DNA of 63,518 nucleotides, filler included, from Octopus bimaculoides (GCF_001194135.2; 5 parts of 5 records of this genome joined end to end with filler, not necessarily neighbours in it), one strand, 5' to 3'. Shown: positions 47,881 to 61,518, numbered from the whole stretch's first letter. Program-made: numbers and translations. Notes: generated by a model not told the origin, from the sequence alone.

Positions 47881-49270
47881 TATACCCTGACATCGCTCGA
47901 AACATTGGCTCCAGATCTCTCCGTTTCTCCGTATGTAACACATAATGATATTATAAGATAATTAAGCAGTGTTTTATTATGTGATTGCTTCTGTTAATTA
48001 ATGTAAAGAACATCCTATGATACGTATTGTTTTCTATAGAGGCCATCGACAAGTAAATGATAACAGCTTTGAGAGAAGAATTTCAATTCTAGCAGAAATC
48101 GTTAGTATTGGTAAGTTTTATATCTAAGTTTCCATTGGATGGATGTCATCGGTAACTTGCGGTTGGTCGAATATTTTGTAAAGTGATGTTTTGTTTCTAA
48201 AGATTACTATCCAATTTTAGGAAAATATGGCAATCATAGTTTTGCTCGTATAACAAGGTCAAATTCGATAATTTGCGTTGCTTGCGTTGGAACTAACAAT
48301 TTCAGAAAGCTGATTGAACGCCTCAGGAAATGTAAGGATTTCTTCATTTGACTTAATCGGTTTATTATCGTATGAGTTTAAGAAAAGAAAAAAGTGAATT
48401 CTCTCTTGGGGGACAAGGTTTTCAAATATATTGAAATTATTCATGTTCAGACCCATCCAAAACTATTAAATAATCAAGCCATCAAATCTATCTATCTGCT
48501 GTCTGTCCGTTTGTCACTCACACTTGAGAGATAGATTAAAAGATAGTTAAACAAATAAGCGAAAGAGAGAGAGAGAGAGAGTCTTAACATATGTGAGTGT
48601 TTTGCGGTGTTTCTTTTGACTGTCTATGCTCAGGGTTCAAATTCCGCCTACATTAACTTTGCTTTTCATTTTTTTCGGAAATAAACTAGCAGTCAAGAAT
48701 TGAAGTCGACCTTANNNNNNNNNNNNNNNNNNNNNNNNNNNNNNNNNNNNNNNNNNNNNNNNNNNNNNNNNNNNNNNNNNNNNNNNNNNNNNNNNNNNNN
48801 NNNNNNNNNNNNNNNNNNNNNNNNNNNNNNNNNNNNNNNNNNNNNNNNNNNNNNNNNNNNNNNNNNNNNNNNNNNNNNNNNNNNNNNNNNNNNNNNNNNN
48901 NNNNNNNNNNNNNNNNNNNNNNNNNNNNNNNNNNNNNNNNNNNNNNNNNNNNNNNNNNNNNNNNNNNNNNNNNNNNNNNNNNNNNNNNNNNNNNNNNNNN
49001 NNNNNNNNNNNNNNNNNNNNNNNNNNNNNNNNNNNNNNNNNNNNNNNNNNNNNNNNNNNNNNNNNNNNNNNNNNNNNNNNNNNNNNNNNNNNNNNNNNNN
49101 NNNNNNNNNNNNNNNNNNNNNNNNNNNNNNNNNNNNNNNNNNNNNNNNNNNNNNNNNNNNNNNNNNNNNNNNNNNNNNNNNNNNNNNNNNNNNNNNNNNN
49201 NNNNNNNNNNNNNNNNNNNNNNNNNNNNNNNNNNNNNNNNNNNNNNNNNNNNNNNNNNNNNNNNNNNNNN

Positions 49271-49315
<45 letters not shown>

Positions 49316-49505
49316 CAACACTGGAAACAGAAACAGCTGTTAGATGGGATGCAGTCTATTTGCATTGAATTAATAGATAATAACTGGTAAGTCAATTGTT
49401 GTTCATCAATATTTCTCCCTTTTCTGCTTTCTTTATATATATACATACATACATACATGCATACATACATACATACATACATACGTACATACATACATAC
49501 ATACA

Positions 49506-49538
<33 letters not shown>

Positions 49539-49924
49539 TGTTGGCACTCCGTCGGTTACGACGACGAGGGTTCTAGTTGCTCCGATCAACGGAACAGCTT
49601 GCTCGTGAAATTAACGTGCAAGTGGCTGAGCACTCCACATACACGTGCACCCCTAACGTAGTTCTCGGGGATATTCAGCGTGACACAGTGTGACAAAGCT
49701 GACCCTTTGAAATACAGGCACAACAGAAACAGGAAGTAAGAGTGAGAGAAAGTTGTGGTGAAAGAATACAGCAGGGTTCGCCACCATCCCCTGCCGGAGC
49801 CTTGTAGAGCTTTAGGTGTTTTCGCTCAATAAACACTCACAACGCACGGTCTGGAACATACATACATACATACATACATACATACATACATACATACATA
49901 CATACATACATACATACATGCATA

Positions 49925-51075
49925 TTAGATTATCCCATAAATAATGCGGTTTCTTTTCATTTGCATGAAAATTCGAAAGGGGACGGGATAAACTACCTGC
50001 ATCAACTTGCCATAAAAGCAGGTAGTAATTTTACCTTGTCCTTATTCTTAGTCCAAGTTTTGAATAGTGCAGTTATTTTTTCAAAGCTATAAGGAAAGTG
50101 ACAAAGTATATTCAGCATATTTTGCTTTATGAGTACAATAAAAGCAACAACGCAACGAAACTGCAAGGAATATTAATGCAGTATATGGAGATCGGACAGT
50201 AAGCGTAAGCCAGTGTCAACGGTGGTTCCAGAAATTCTGAGTTGAAAACTACAGCCTAGAAGACGAGCCTCATCTTGGAAGATCTCAAGAGCACGATGAG
50301 GACGTCCTGCAAATCCTGGTGGAACAAAATCCTATCGTAACTGTTGAGGAACTACCAGAGAAGCTTGGATTTGGTTATTCAAACATTCATCGACATATGC
50401 GTGCCATCAGAAAAGTCAGTAAATTGGGTCGATGGGTTCCTCATAAACTTTCCGAGTTCAACCGCGCGCAGTGAGAGAATGTTTGCTCTTCTTCGCTGTC
50501 ACGTCTCACGAATGAACCTTTTTGGGGCCAATTGGTGACTGGTGACAAGAAATGGGTTCTCTATAAAAACGTCAAGTGCTGAAGATAATGTGTAGGGAAA
50601 AGAGAAACACCGGCACCCCAGGCAATAGAAGGTCTTCACCCACGTAAAGGGTTGTTATCTGTTTGGTGGGATATGAAAGGTTCAGTCCACTTTGAACCTT
50701 TAAACCCCAACCAAACGATAACAAAGGTGATCTACTGCGAGCAGCTTGAGCGGTTTAAGTCAGCGCTAGAAGAAAAACGACCATCTTTGGTCTGAAGATG
50801 AAAGGCTAATGCTCGGCCACATACAGAGAGGATGACATTCCAAAGGCTGGAGCAGTTTGAATGAGAAACGATGCACCACCCATCATATTCGCCGGATATT
50901 GCCCCATTTCATTATCATTTATTCCGCAGTTTTCAAAATCATTTGGACGGAAAAAATATGAATTATGTAGACGAGGTCAGAACAGTACTGGAGAAGTATT
51001 TGTCGTGACGGACAAGTGAATTTTGGAAGAGGGACCTTGCAAATCTGCAAGATAGATAAAAGTTTCGATCACAAT
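49925..51075 (+). mobile_element. Mariner (DD34D) element with 5' TIR and a near-complete but disrupted transposase; 3' TIR missing
   Basis: TA plus TIR ttagattatcccataaataatgcggtt. Motifs GRWVPHKL, VTGDKKW, NARPH and HPSYSPDIAP, with stops and frameshifts. Confidence 0.92.
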
Positions 51076-51130
51076 GCGTAGGGAGCACGGTTTGCGTGAA
51101 GAATACACAAGCACACACACACACACCCGC

Positions 51131-51161
<31 letters not shown>

Positions 51162-53084
51162 TGTATGTATGTATGCATGTATGTATGTATGTATATATGT
51201 ATGTATGTCTCTTCTATTTTCTAATTATTATAAATCTTCCACTGAGGAGGGAGCCTGTTTCCAACAAAGATACAAGGCTCAGTCTTTGAGATGTAGTTAA
51301 CACAGAAAAATTCACATGTGGAATTTGAAAAAAGTCTTGCATATATTTACTGCTCCACTCACAGAATTCACTTGTAATGTACGAATTAGCCAGTCGATTT
51401 CTCTTTCTGAAAATCTCAGTTCATCCAGATCCTCCTTTAAGCATTTACTGACAAAACTTAGTGCTCCAATTACTAATGGTATGAATATTTACGTTTGTTT
51501 ACGCATTTCATGTTATTGGCACCGTTGGTGACGTCCTGTACCCATATATGCATGTATATAGCTGGCCGCCAACACTTTTTTCTGCAAAAATAGGGGTAGC
51601 TTATCCTGTTCAAGCTTTATTATTAGCATCATCCTACGTCTGAGAATTTAAAATCACTTCTTTAACTTTCTAAGACATCTCAACACTTCTAAAAGCAAAC
51701 TTCGCNNNNNNNNNNNNNNNNNNNNNNNNNNNNNNNNNNNNNNNNNNNNNNNNNNNNNNNNNNNNNNNNNNNNNNNNNNNNNNNNNNNNNNNNNNNNNNN
51801 NNNNNNNNNNNNNNNNNNNNNNNNNNNNNNNNNNNNNNNNNNNNNNNNNNNNNNNNNNNNNNNNNNNNNNNNNNNNNNNNNNNNNNNNNTATTGATAAAT
51901 CGCTGACCACTACATTTATATTTTTTTTTCTCCTTGTTTCTCTCCTTATTTCTTTCTGTGTTCCTTTCATTTGAAGAGCGTAGCTCGAAACGTCAAAGAC
52001 TTTCTCTATTCCCGAGCATTAAACTAATACATCCATTTGTTGTTTTTTTTTTCGTAAATTCTCCCTATATATATATATATATATATATATAATATCATTT
52101 ATTATTCATTATATATATGTATATATTTATGTGTGTGCGTCTTTGTGTCTGTGTTTGTCCCTCTCCGTCGTCTGACAACCAATAGACTGATAGAATAAGT
52201 ACTAGGCTTGAGAACCTAAATCCTGGGTCGATTTCTTCGACTAAAACCCATCAAAATGGTAGTCCAGCATGACCGTATTGAAATAACTGGCACAAGTAAA
52301 AGAATAAAAGAATTTATGAATGGAAGGAGGGTGACCTACATTTTAAATTCACAGGCATGTAACATATACATACTTCCGAGTTTATAAACACACACATACA
52401 CACACAGGGGTGGGGTAAGCATAGGCATAAACATCAACGATTTAAACATTTTATCGAATTTAGACTAAGATAGACTGACGAGTTTTTAATCATAGTCTAA
52501 TAGCGCTTTGCTTTTCTTTAACAAAGGTAAAACCTTTAATGGATATTATGAAAACATACACGAAAACAGATAAGGTATAAAAAAAGATGTGCAAACTGAT
52601 TATGTTTATCAATTAAGTTAATTACACTTAAACAACAAACCGGTTAATGAAAGACGAATAAAAAAACATATACATATATACATATATACATCCATACGTG
52701 TATATATATGTGCATGTATATATATATATATATATATATATGGTTGTGTTCGTGCATGCGCGTTTGTGATTTTTTCAGAGTTCAAGATAGCTCACCCAAA
52801 TAAATATTTCTCCAAATAAGATGATTACCATAAGGCGCTTATTGCAACAAGGATCTGATACAATCAGACCTGCTATGGAAGTTCTATCACATCAATTGCT
52901 TTCGGCAAGAAATTCTCTACCTTCTTCTACAATCCCTAAGTAGCCATCTGCTTGGCAAAAGTTCTTAAATTTCAGCTAAGATGACCCAAGGCAAATATTA
53001 GTGTATTTAATTAATGGAAGCTAACTCTGTACGGCATTGCACGTATTCTGTGTGTATGTGTATGTGTGTGTGTGCGTGTGTGTG

Positions 53085-53122
<38 letters not shown>

Positions 53123-53307
53123 AGAGTGAGGGATAGAGAGAGAGAGAGAGGAGTTAGTAATAAGACTGGAATTGATGAAATCACGCACTAATATACATTC
53201 CTTCGTGTATTCCATGATCTGTTGTTCTACATAGTTGGTGCACATGTTGGAATTATTACAATTGATCTGTTGGCTGCTGTTGCGGTGGATGAAGATGGCG
53301 GTGGTGG

Positions 53308-53338
<31 letters not shown>

Positions 53339-53543
53339 GATGAAGAGAAGGAGGAAGAGGAGGAGGAGGAGAAGGATGATGATAGTCAACGACGACGATG
53401 ATGATAATGATGATGATGATTGTGATGATTGTGATGATGTTGATGATGATGATGATGATGATGATGGGGAGGAGGAGGAGGAGGAGGAGGAGGAGGAGGA
53501 GGAGAAGGATGATGGCAACGACGACGACGACGACGACGATGAC

Positions 53544-53574
<31 letters not shown>

Positions 53575-55314
53575 GTGATGAAGACGACGACGACGACAGC
53601 GGTGATGATCATGATCATAATGATGATGATGATGGCGATGAGAAAGACGTGGAAGAAGAAGAGATAAAGGAGGAGGGGATGTGGAGTGGAAACAAGAGTG
53701 GGAGGATGTTGTTGTTGTTATTATTGTTGTTGTTTAATCCCAGGTCGGCCACGACTCCTCTCGATTCCTCATCAAAGACATTCTCCCCAAGGCAACCGCC
53801 ACGTTTCAGTTCATCTTGAAATAAATTATACAATGTATCATTCTTCTCTTCTTTTTTTTAAGCCGTCAGGACATAGTTTGAGGAAGATTTGACTGCTATT
53901 GCTTGCATTGTGACCACAGAGAATTCTTTATTGACTTGTTGTTCATGTTGCTGATGTTTTTGTTATTGATGCTGTTGCTGCTGCTGCATTTGTTACTGTT
54001 GTTGTTGTTGTAATCAATGCTGCTGCTGTTATTGGTTGCTATGCAATCCTGCTCAGCCCTGGTTGAACACATCCTTGGATCCATGGATTCAACGCTCCAG
54101 ATATGCCACTCTATACGCTACAGGCGCTAGTGACTCACTCGTCTTACCTCTCCCTGTCACTCATATGGATTCCACCACCACAGTTGTAATCCCAACCCGC
54201 TATCACCACAGCTCCCGTACGAACCATTGCCCCCAGTCATTTCTTTTCACTTCCTGAATACTGGCATTCTCTTCCTCCTTACCCCATTCCCCCCCTCTCT
54301 CTCTGCCTATTGACTTGCAACTGTTATAAACAAGATTATTTACCACGTCACTTTGTTTACTGGATTCGAAGAATATATGTATCGATATACCAATATATAT
54401 TTAGCCAATGATGATGTGTTCAATATATATATANNNNNNNNNNNNNNNNNNNNNNNNNNNNNNNNNNNNNNNNNNNNNNNNNNNNNNNNNNNNNNNNNNN
54501 NNNNNNNNNNNNNNNNNNNNNNNNNNNNNNNNNNNNNNNNNNNNNNNNNNNNNNNNNNNNNNNNNNNNNNNNNNNNNNNNNNNNNNNNNNNNNNNNNNNN
54601 NNNNNNNNNNNNNNNNNNNNNNNNNNNNNNNNNNNNNNNNNNNNNNNNNNNNNNNNNNNNNNNNNNNNNNNNNNNNNNNNNNNNNNNNNNNNNNNNNNNN
54701 NNNNNNNNNNNNNNNNNNNNNNNNNNNNNNNNNNNNNNNNNNNNNNNNNNNNNNNNNNNNNNNNNNNNNNNNNNNNNNNNNNNNNNNNNNNNNNNNNNNN
54801 NNNNNNNNNNNNNNNNNNNNNNNNNNNNNNNNNNNNNNNNNNNNNNNNNNNNNNNNNNNNNNNNNNNNNNNNNNNNNNNNNNNNNNNNNNNNNNNNNNNN
54901 NNNNNNNNNNNNNNNNNNNNNNNNNNNNNNNNNNNNNNNNNNNNNNNNNNNNNNNNNNNNNNNNNNNNNNNNNNNNACCCTGCTGTACTCTTCCATCACA
55001 ACTTTCTCTCACTCTTACTTCCTGTTTCTGTTGTGCCTGTAATTCAAAGGGTCAGCCTTGTCACACTGTGTCACGCTGAATATCCCCGAGAACTGCGTTA
55101 AGGGTACACGTGTCTGTGGAGTGCTCAGCCACTTGCACGTTAGTTTCACGAGCAGGCTGTTCTGCTGATCGAATCAACTGGAACCCTCGACGCCGTAAGC
55201 GACGGAGTGCCAACAACAACATCAATGTATATTGATATAAAGATATATCAATGTATATTTAGCCAATGAGCTGGTTTGTGTTGCTTGTTATAATGTGTTC
55301 TAAATGTGTTAGGG

Positions 55315-55692
55315 ATACTCTTTTACTTGTTTCAGTCATTTGACTGTGGCCATGCTGGAGCACCGACTTTAGTCACGCATATCGACTCCAGGACTTATTC
55401 TTTGGAAGCCTAGTACTTATTCTATCGGTCTCTTTTTCCGAACCGCTAAGTTACGGGAACGTAAACACACCAGCATCTGTTGTCAAGCGATGGTGGGGGG
55501 ATAAACACAGACAAACAAACACACATACACACATATATATACGTATATACGACGGGCTTCTTTCAGTTTCCGTCTACCAAATCCACTCACAAGGCTTTGG
55601 TCGGCCCGAGGCTATAGTAGAAGACACTTGCCCAAGGTGCCACACAGTGGGACTGAACCCAGAACCATGTGGTTGGTAAGCAAGCTACTTAC
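55315..55692 (-). mobile_element. SINE family A, near full length
   Basis: Matches the 20060-20610 copy throughout. Confidence 0.9.
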
Positions 55693-56569
55693 TACCGGTC
55701 GTTGGTTATAGGTTTCCAACTGGTCTATCACTGCTTCACCGCATTTCTGACAGCAAAGACTGACAAAGGAATGTCTGGAACTCGATGTGAAACAAATATC
55801 TCGAGGGATTTTATTCACAGGCGTACATTTCGCGCAAATGTGAATCTTCGAATTATCATATAAAAATGTACGTTAATACCTTTATTTTGGAGTCTAAGAA
55901 GTATGACCAAGGGACAGACAGGTGTCCGACCCTTCTGCGTTTATGACAAACAGTAGTTTCAATGAACGGTCTTTATCACATGCTAAATGAGAAAGGGTTG
56001 CCAGCGTTATGCTCTTCGGAACAGGGTTTTGCTGATAGTGTTGTTTTCGTAGTTTAACCCTAAGTTTTCTCTGATCGAGCCGACTTATAATAAAAAGTAT
56101 TCCAACTATGACCATCCAGTTTATTTCTTTCCTTCCTTCTTTCTTTCTTTTTTTCCTTCCTTTTTCTTCCTTCTTTAATTTCCTTCCTTCCTTCCTTCCT
56201 TCCTTCCTTCCTTTCTTTCTTTCCTTTCTTTTTTTCTTCCTTTCTTGCCTTATTTCCTTCTTTCCTTCTTTTGTTTGTTTCTTTCTTTTCTTTTTCTTCT
56301 TTTTTTTTTGGTCTGACACAGAGTATCTAGGACTATATTATCTCATGTGCTCTAACTTACTTTTCAACACATCTTTGGTGTGATTTTGACAACCCTTTCC
56401 GGCAGGTAAGCCACCACGCAGAGGCTAACTCACTTGGTTCATGGAGGAGTCTACATGATGTCTTTACGCTATTTGTTCGAAAAAAAAAAGGAATATTCTT
56501 CGTGTCCGCCTATGGTTCTTTCACAATACACTGAAACTGTTTCTGAGAGAATGAGAGAGAGAGAGAGAG

Positions 56570-56600
<31 letters not shown>

Positions 56601-56829
56601 TTTTGAATCGCTTCAGTACAGTAATAAATGCATAAATCAGAGTCCCTTGCAGTCAACCGTGTCTCTTCAAGTCTCACTGCAGCTGATTTCTTCCAAGAAA
56701 GCAGCCGGACACATGCCCAGTACAGAACCGGTACTTTATTTTGGGACCTGAAGCATAAAGTAAAATGTTGACTCAACATATTTGAACTCGGAGTGCCCGA
56801 ATGTTGAGCTCAGAACAGTTTAATCCGAT

Positions 56830-57077
56830 GAGTAAAGATTATTTGCCAATATAACATGGCAGTTCTGGTTTAGGACGAATGTTGCTGTAATTTAGTCCCA
56901 GGAGACATCGTCTCCAGCTGGCTATGCGACACAGTCTGTGTCCTTATATGTTCGAAAATATAGGGACACAGATTACGTCGTATAGCCAACTGGAGATGAT
57001 GTATCCTGGGGTTAAATTACAGCAACATTCGTCCTGAACCAGGACTGCCATGTTATATTGGCAAATAATCTTTACTC
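56830..57077. repeat. 248-bp near-perfect palindrome or fold-back element (120-bp arms, 8-nt centre gttcgaaa)
   Basis: gagtaaagattatttgccaatataacatggcag...gtgtccttatat pairs with atatagggacac...ctgccatgttatattggcaaataatctttactc. Confidence 0.93.
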
Positions 57078-57351
57078 TAGAGTACTGTTGCTGAATATCT
57101 GTCATTGAGAGATTTACAAATAGTAATTTTCTAGTTCATCCGATGTTCTAACGATTTTGCCAAAACGTATTCCCGTCCACCAAATCCACTCACAAGGGTT
57201 TAGTCAACTCGGGGTTAGGGGAGAAGAAACCCAATGTCGGACTGAAACCATTTGGTCTCGAGTTCAGTCCCACAGCATGAAACCTTGGGCGAGTGAATTC
57301 TACTAAAACCTCGGGCCGACCAAAGCCGACGGAGACCAAAAGAAACCGATC

Positions 57352-57383
<32 letters not shown>

Positions 57384-57895
57384 TTCTTTGTGTTTTGTCA
57401 CCTACCACCGTATGAAAACCGGTGCTGCTTTGTTTACGACCAAGTAATTTAGCATTTCGGCGAATAAGTACCAGATTTAAGACAAATGTGCTGAGGTCTT
57501 TTTGTACGACTAAACCCTTCAGGGTGGTGCCCCCGCATGGCCGCATTTAAATGGGTGAGACAAGTAACACACACACATATGTATGTTTTTATGTCTATAT
57601 ACATATATGTGTGTGTATATATACATATATATATGCATGCATGTATGTATTATGTATATATATGTATATATATATAAGTTCAAAAAAAAAGGAAAAAGAC
57701 AAAAACAACAACAAAAAACAAGAACGTGAGGACGTGATACAGATTGTGTTACAAGACGCTCGGGAAAGGAAAGAGAGAGAGAGTATGACGTTTCGNNNNN
57801 NNNNNNNNNNNNNNNNNNNNNNNNNNNNNNNNNNNNNNNTTAATTAATTAANNNNNNNNNNNNNNNNNNNNNNNNNNNNNNNNNNNNNNNNNNNN

Positions 57896-57931
57896 GCGCA
57901 GGTATGGCTATGTGGTAAGAAGCTTACTTCC
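57896..57931 (+). mobile_element. SINE family A head cut at the same nucleotide as the 7322 copy
   Basis: gcgcaggtatggctatgtggtaagaagcttacttcc|ggtatag. Confidence 0.8.
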
Positions 57932-58810
57932 GGTATAGTCTTTGTCGGTCGAATTGTTGTCGTTCGGCGTTACACACATGATTTTTTGGTTGTCTTGGCG
58001 GTACGATGTTTTTCCTCTTGTATAATGGTTTGAATTGTTCTGTTTCAGACGTTGTAAACTACCCTTCATCTGACTTTGTGAGGTTTGAAGAAGAAATGGT
58101 GGAGTGTATAAAGAAGATAGACGAAGCAATGGAAGCAGGAAACTATGCTGCAGCGACAAAAGAAAACAACAAGCGAAGATGTGAGGCTGGAGGATGTGAG
58201 CAAGTTCAAGGGAATGCTTAAAAGGGAGGGGAACGAAGTGAAGGTGTTCCCCCACCAAAGAAGTTTTAAAGGAAGCAGCAGAAAGGACAATATTTTGCTG
58301 AAAATACTCGGTGGCAGCAAGGAAGATCGAGATTATGTGAACGGCTGAAATAGAAAAGGCAGCGAGACTCATCTGACTAATCTGGATTTCCTGCCTTGCC
58401 AGAGGAAAACAGTTTGGAACGGTGGAGGTGCAGTTCAGAAAGGTAGCTACCGCCAGGCTGCACTCAGCAGCACTGCTGAAAACGGATGAAGTGGTTCTTC
58501 TACCCGCATACCTTGGGAGACGTGCTTCTGGGGTTAGGGTGGAGGAAATAACCCCGGAAGTGGATGTAGCCTGGCTGGTGGCTGCCATACTGCTAGGCAT
58601 GAAGGAAAAGGTGGTGGTCCTCCAGGCCAGCAGAACACCCCATTGGAACTGGCAGGGACAAACCCTTGATATGGTGGTGCAAGTCGCGGAAGAAGACAGA
58701 AAAGATGGTCGAGACCACCACGGTAGGAGAGACAATATTGAAAGTCAGAGTGGAAGGGAGGATTCCGCGGTACTATAAATGTGGCCTGCGAGTGGTGGGT
58801 CAAAAAAAAT
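57932..58810 (+). mobile_element. 5' UTR plus degenerate gag-like ORF1 of a probable Tx1/L1-clade LINE
   Basis: LLPAYLGRRASGVRVEEITPEVDVAWLVAAIL...WNWQG, then a frameshifted KVRVEGRIPRYYKCGLR resembling the VEGR.P.C..CG..GH zinc-knuckle lead-in. Confidence 0.6.
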
Positions 58811-58960
58811 AGACACCCGCACAATGCCAGAACGGATAAGGTATGTCGATATTTAAAAAAAATATAACGTAAACATTCTGAAAACAAAATGGTGATTAAC
58901 TGGTGTAAATAAGTGTGTTCAAAAAGAGGTTGTATTAACAGGTTCAATGAAGTCGCTCGG

Positions 58961-59990
58961 AAGTGGGGCTGAACGGCTCTATTTCATCTTTCATTATATT
59001 AATTCATTCTTTTCATTCGTTTTGGAGTTTCTTTTTTTGATAATATATTTTTTTTAATATTTAATGCATCCCGTTTTTGCTTTTATATCTGCTTTGATGC
59101 GTTTTTGCATACTTGAGAGTACGTTGGTGCAGGTGGCTGGGTCAGTTTTCTGCCACTCTTCATGAATTTTGACTTCTAATTCGCTTCTGAAAGAACATTT
59201 GTGCACCATCATTCTTGTACCTAAGTGTGACCACAAATGTTCGATGGGATTGAGGTCTGGAGACTGAGGGAACCATTTCATCACCCTCATCCCTTTCTTC
59301 TCAAACCAACCCATTGAGACTCTGGATGTGTGGCATGGAGCATTGCCTTATTGAACAATTACGCCGTCTAGGATGTTACCATTGAAAATTTCAGCTAAGG
59401 AAGGTTGATAAACCCGATCTAACATGCTGGTGTAAGTGTTGGAATTCGTTCTGCCCTCACAAGCGAACAACATTCCTGGACCTGAAGGCGACATTCAATC
59501 CCAAATCATTATTCTTCCTCCACGAAATTTGACTGTTGGCACCACACATCCAGGATAATAAACCTCTCCAACTCTACAGCGATCATAAACAGCTCCAGGA
59601 GTTCCAAAGATCTGAGGAGAAAACATAATTTATCGATCATTTTCGGTATCCAATAAAAAAATTGTAGAAGTGTAAGAACTTCAATTATGCCTAGTAAAGT
59701 AGTGGAAATAAACGCAGAGAATCTTACTTCGAAGTTACTTTCATCAGACCAAACAACCTAAGACCAATCACCATCAATTCAATTTTCATGCTCTTTTGGC
59801 CAAGACAATCTTTCCTTCAGGTTCACCTCAGACAATAACGGCTTCTTTTGAGCATCAGGAACTTGTTTCTTCGGAGAGATTTTCAACAAATATTAACCAC
59901 TGATAAGTTATCAATAAAAAAAATTCACTGAAAAAATAGGTAAAAAAAACTTTTGTGTTACACAATGGCTGGCAGAAAAATTGACCCAAC
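58961..59990 (-). mobile_element. Tc1-family (DD34E) transposase remnant with an apparent 116-bp GT-AG intron (59727-59612)
   Basis: KKPLLSEVNLKERL..WSDESNFE | IFGTPG...PTVKFRGGRIMIW...GNAPCH...WFPQSPDLNPIEHLW...IKAKTGCIKY*. Confidence 0.88.
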
Positions 59991-60029
59991 CACTTGCGCC
60001 ACCTTGCGTCTCAAGTACGTAAAAATGCA

Positions 60030-60186
60030 TAAAAGCGATTATAAAAGCGAAAGGGGGACACATCAAATACTGACCCTTGATGGGATAGACTCTAAAATGT
60101 TAATTATATTGTTTTTGATTATTAAGTAAATGAGTTTCAATTATTTTCTCTATTTTTTCATACCTGATCCATAATTTTGGCCAAAT
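60030..60186 (+). mobile_element. 3' end of a second Tc1-like element
   Basis: KAIIKAKGGHIKY*, then a tail ending ...ccataattttggccaaa-ta into (TACA)n. Confidence 0.7.
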
Positions 60187-60404
60187 ACATACATACATAC
60201 ATACATACATACATACATACATACATACAAACATACATACATACATACACACACATACATACATACATACATGCATGCATGCATGCATACATACATACAT
60301 ACATACATACATGCATACATGCATACATACATACATATATATATATTTATATATATTTACATATATGTGTATGCGTGTGTGTGTGTATGTGTGTGTATGT
60401 GTCC

Positions 60405-61035
60405 TTCTGTATGTGTTTGTTTTCCACCCCGTAACTTAGCGGTTCGGCAAAAAGGAAAGATAGAACAAGTGCCAGGTTTAGGAAAAAATGTGCTGGGGTC
60501 GATTCACTTGACAGAAAACTCTTCGAGATGGTGCCCCAGCATGGCCGCAGTGTAATGACTAAAACATGTAAAAGATAAAAGATATATCTCTACGATTTCT
60601 ATAAAATATTAGTTTCAAACTTTGGCACAAGGCCAGCAATTTCGGTTGACGGTGTGAGTCGATTAGTACCAGTTGGTCACTGGTGACCAACTGGTACTTA
60701 TTTTATCGACTCCAGCAGGATGAAAGACTAAGTCGATCGCGGCTTTAATTATTTAATAACCTAATTTCAGTCAATCGAATTTATATGTTATCTTTTATTT
60801 CAATCATTGGACTGCAGCCATGCTGGGGCATTACATTGAAGACCTTTAGTGGAACTCATCAACCCAGCATTTATGATTTTTGATTCTTTTGCCTTTGCAT
60901 TTTTTGTGTTTTTTTAAAGAAGGAACTCTATTGACGTCTTAAGCCAAACTGATAAGTTACGTGGACGTAAACAAACCAACAACTTCTGTGAAAGTATGGG
61001 TGGGTCAAACACAAACGCACACACACACACACACA
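60405..61035. mobile_element. SINE cluster: family A tail (+, 60405-60585), family B (-, 60615-60745), family A tail (-, 60785-61035)
   Basis: Diagnostic ggtgccccagcatggccgcag, ggcacaaggccagcaattt and gactgcagccatgctgggg motifs. Confidence 0.8.
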
Positions 61036-61043
61036 CACATATA

Positions 61044-61460
61044 TTGAGTCGTCCCATAGGTAATGTGGTTTTTATACTTCTTTTATTTTCAAAATTAAGA
61101 TAAACAAAGCCCTTTTTTTAATCTAAAATATATTCTCCTTCATTTTCTACAATGCTCTTCCATCTATCTGGTAGACTTGCAAGGCCCCTCTTCCAAAATT
61201 CATTTGTCCGTGATGAAAATTACTCCTGACCTCATCTAGAGAATTCATATTTTTTCCGTTCAAATGATTTTGAAGACTGTGGAATAAATGATAATCAGAT
61301 GGGACAATATCCGGCGAATATGGTGGGTGGAGTATCGTTTCCCACTCAAATTGCCCCGGCCTTTGGAATGTCATCCTCGCTGTATGTGGCTGAGCATTAA
61401 ACTCGGAAAGTTTGTGAGGAACCCATTGACCCAATTTGCTGACTTTTCCGATGGTATGCA
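61044..61460 (-). mobile_element. Mariner 3' part with TIR, same family as 49925, carrying an in-frame internal deletion
   Basis: TIR ttgagtcgtcccataggtaatgtggttttt. The ORF reads WVPHKLSEFN-AQPHTAR...HPPYSPDIVPSDYHLF. Confidence 0.9.
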
Positions 61461-61518
61461 GGTATCAATGAATGGTTGACTGACCAAATCAAAGCTTCTC
61501 TGCTAGTTCCTAAACAGT

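Noticed and set aside
53235-53819. Acidic poly-D/E ORF; similar poly-Q/H/N ORFs at 25978, 34602 and 40893
   Set aside because: Compound trinucleotide microsatellites that stay open in several frames on both strands, with no splice or domain support.
55685-55720. 5'-clipped SINE-A as another targeted insertion
   Set aside because: The break is at a different position with no poly(A)-signal end, consistent with ordinary 5' truncation.
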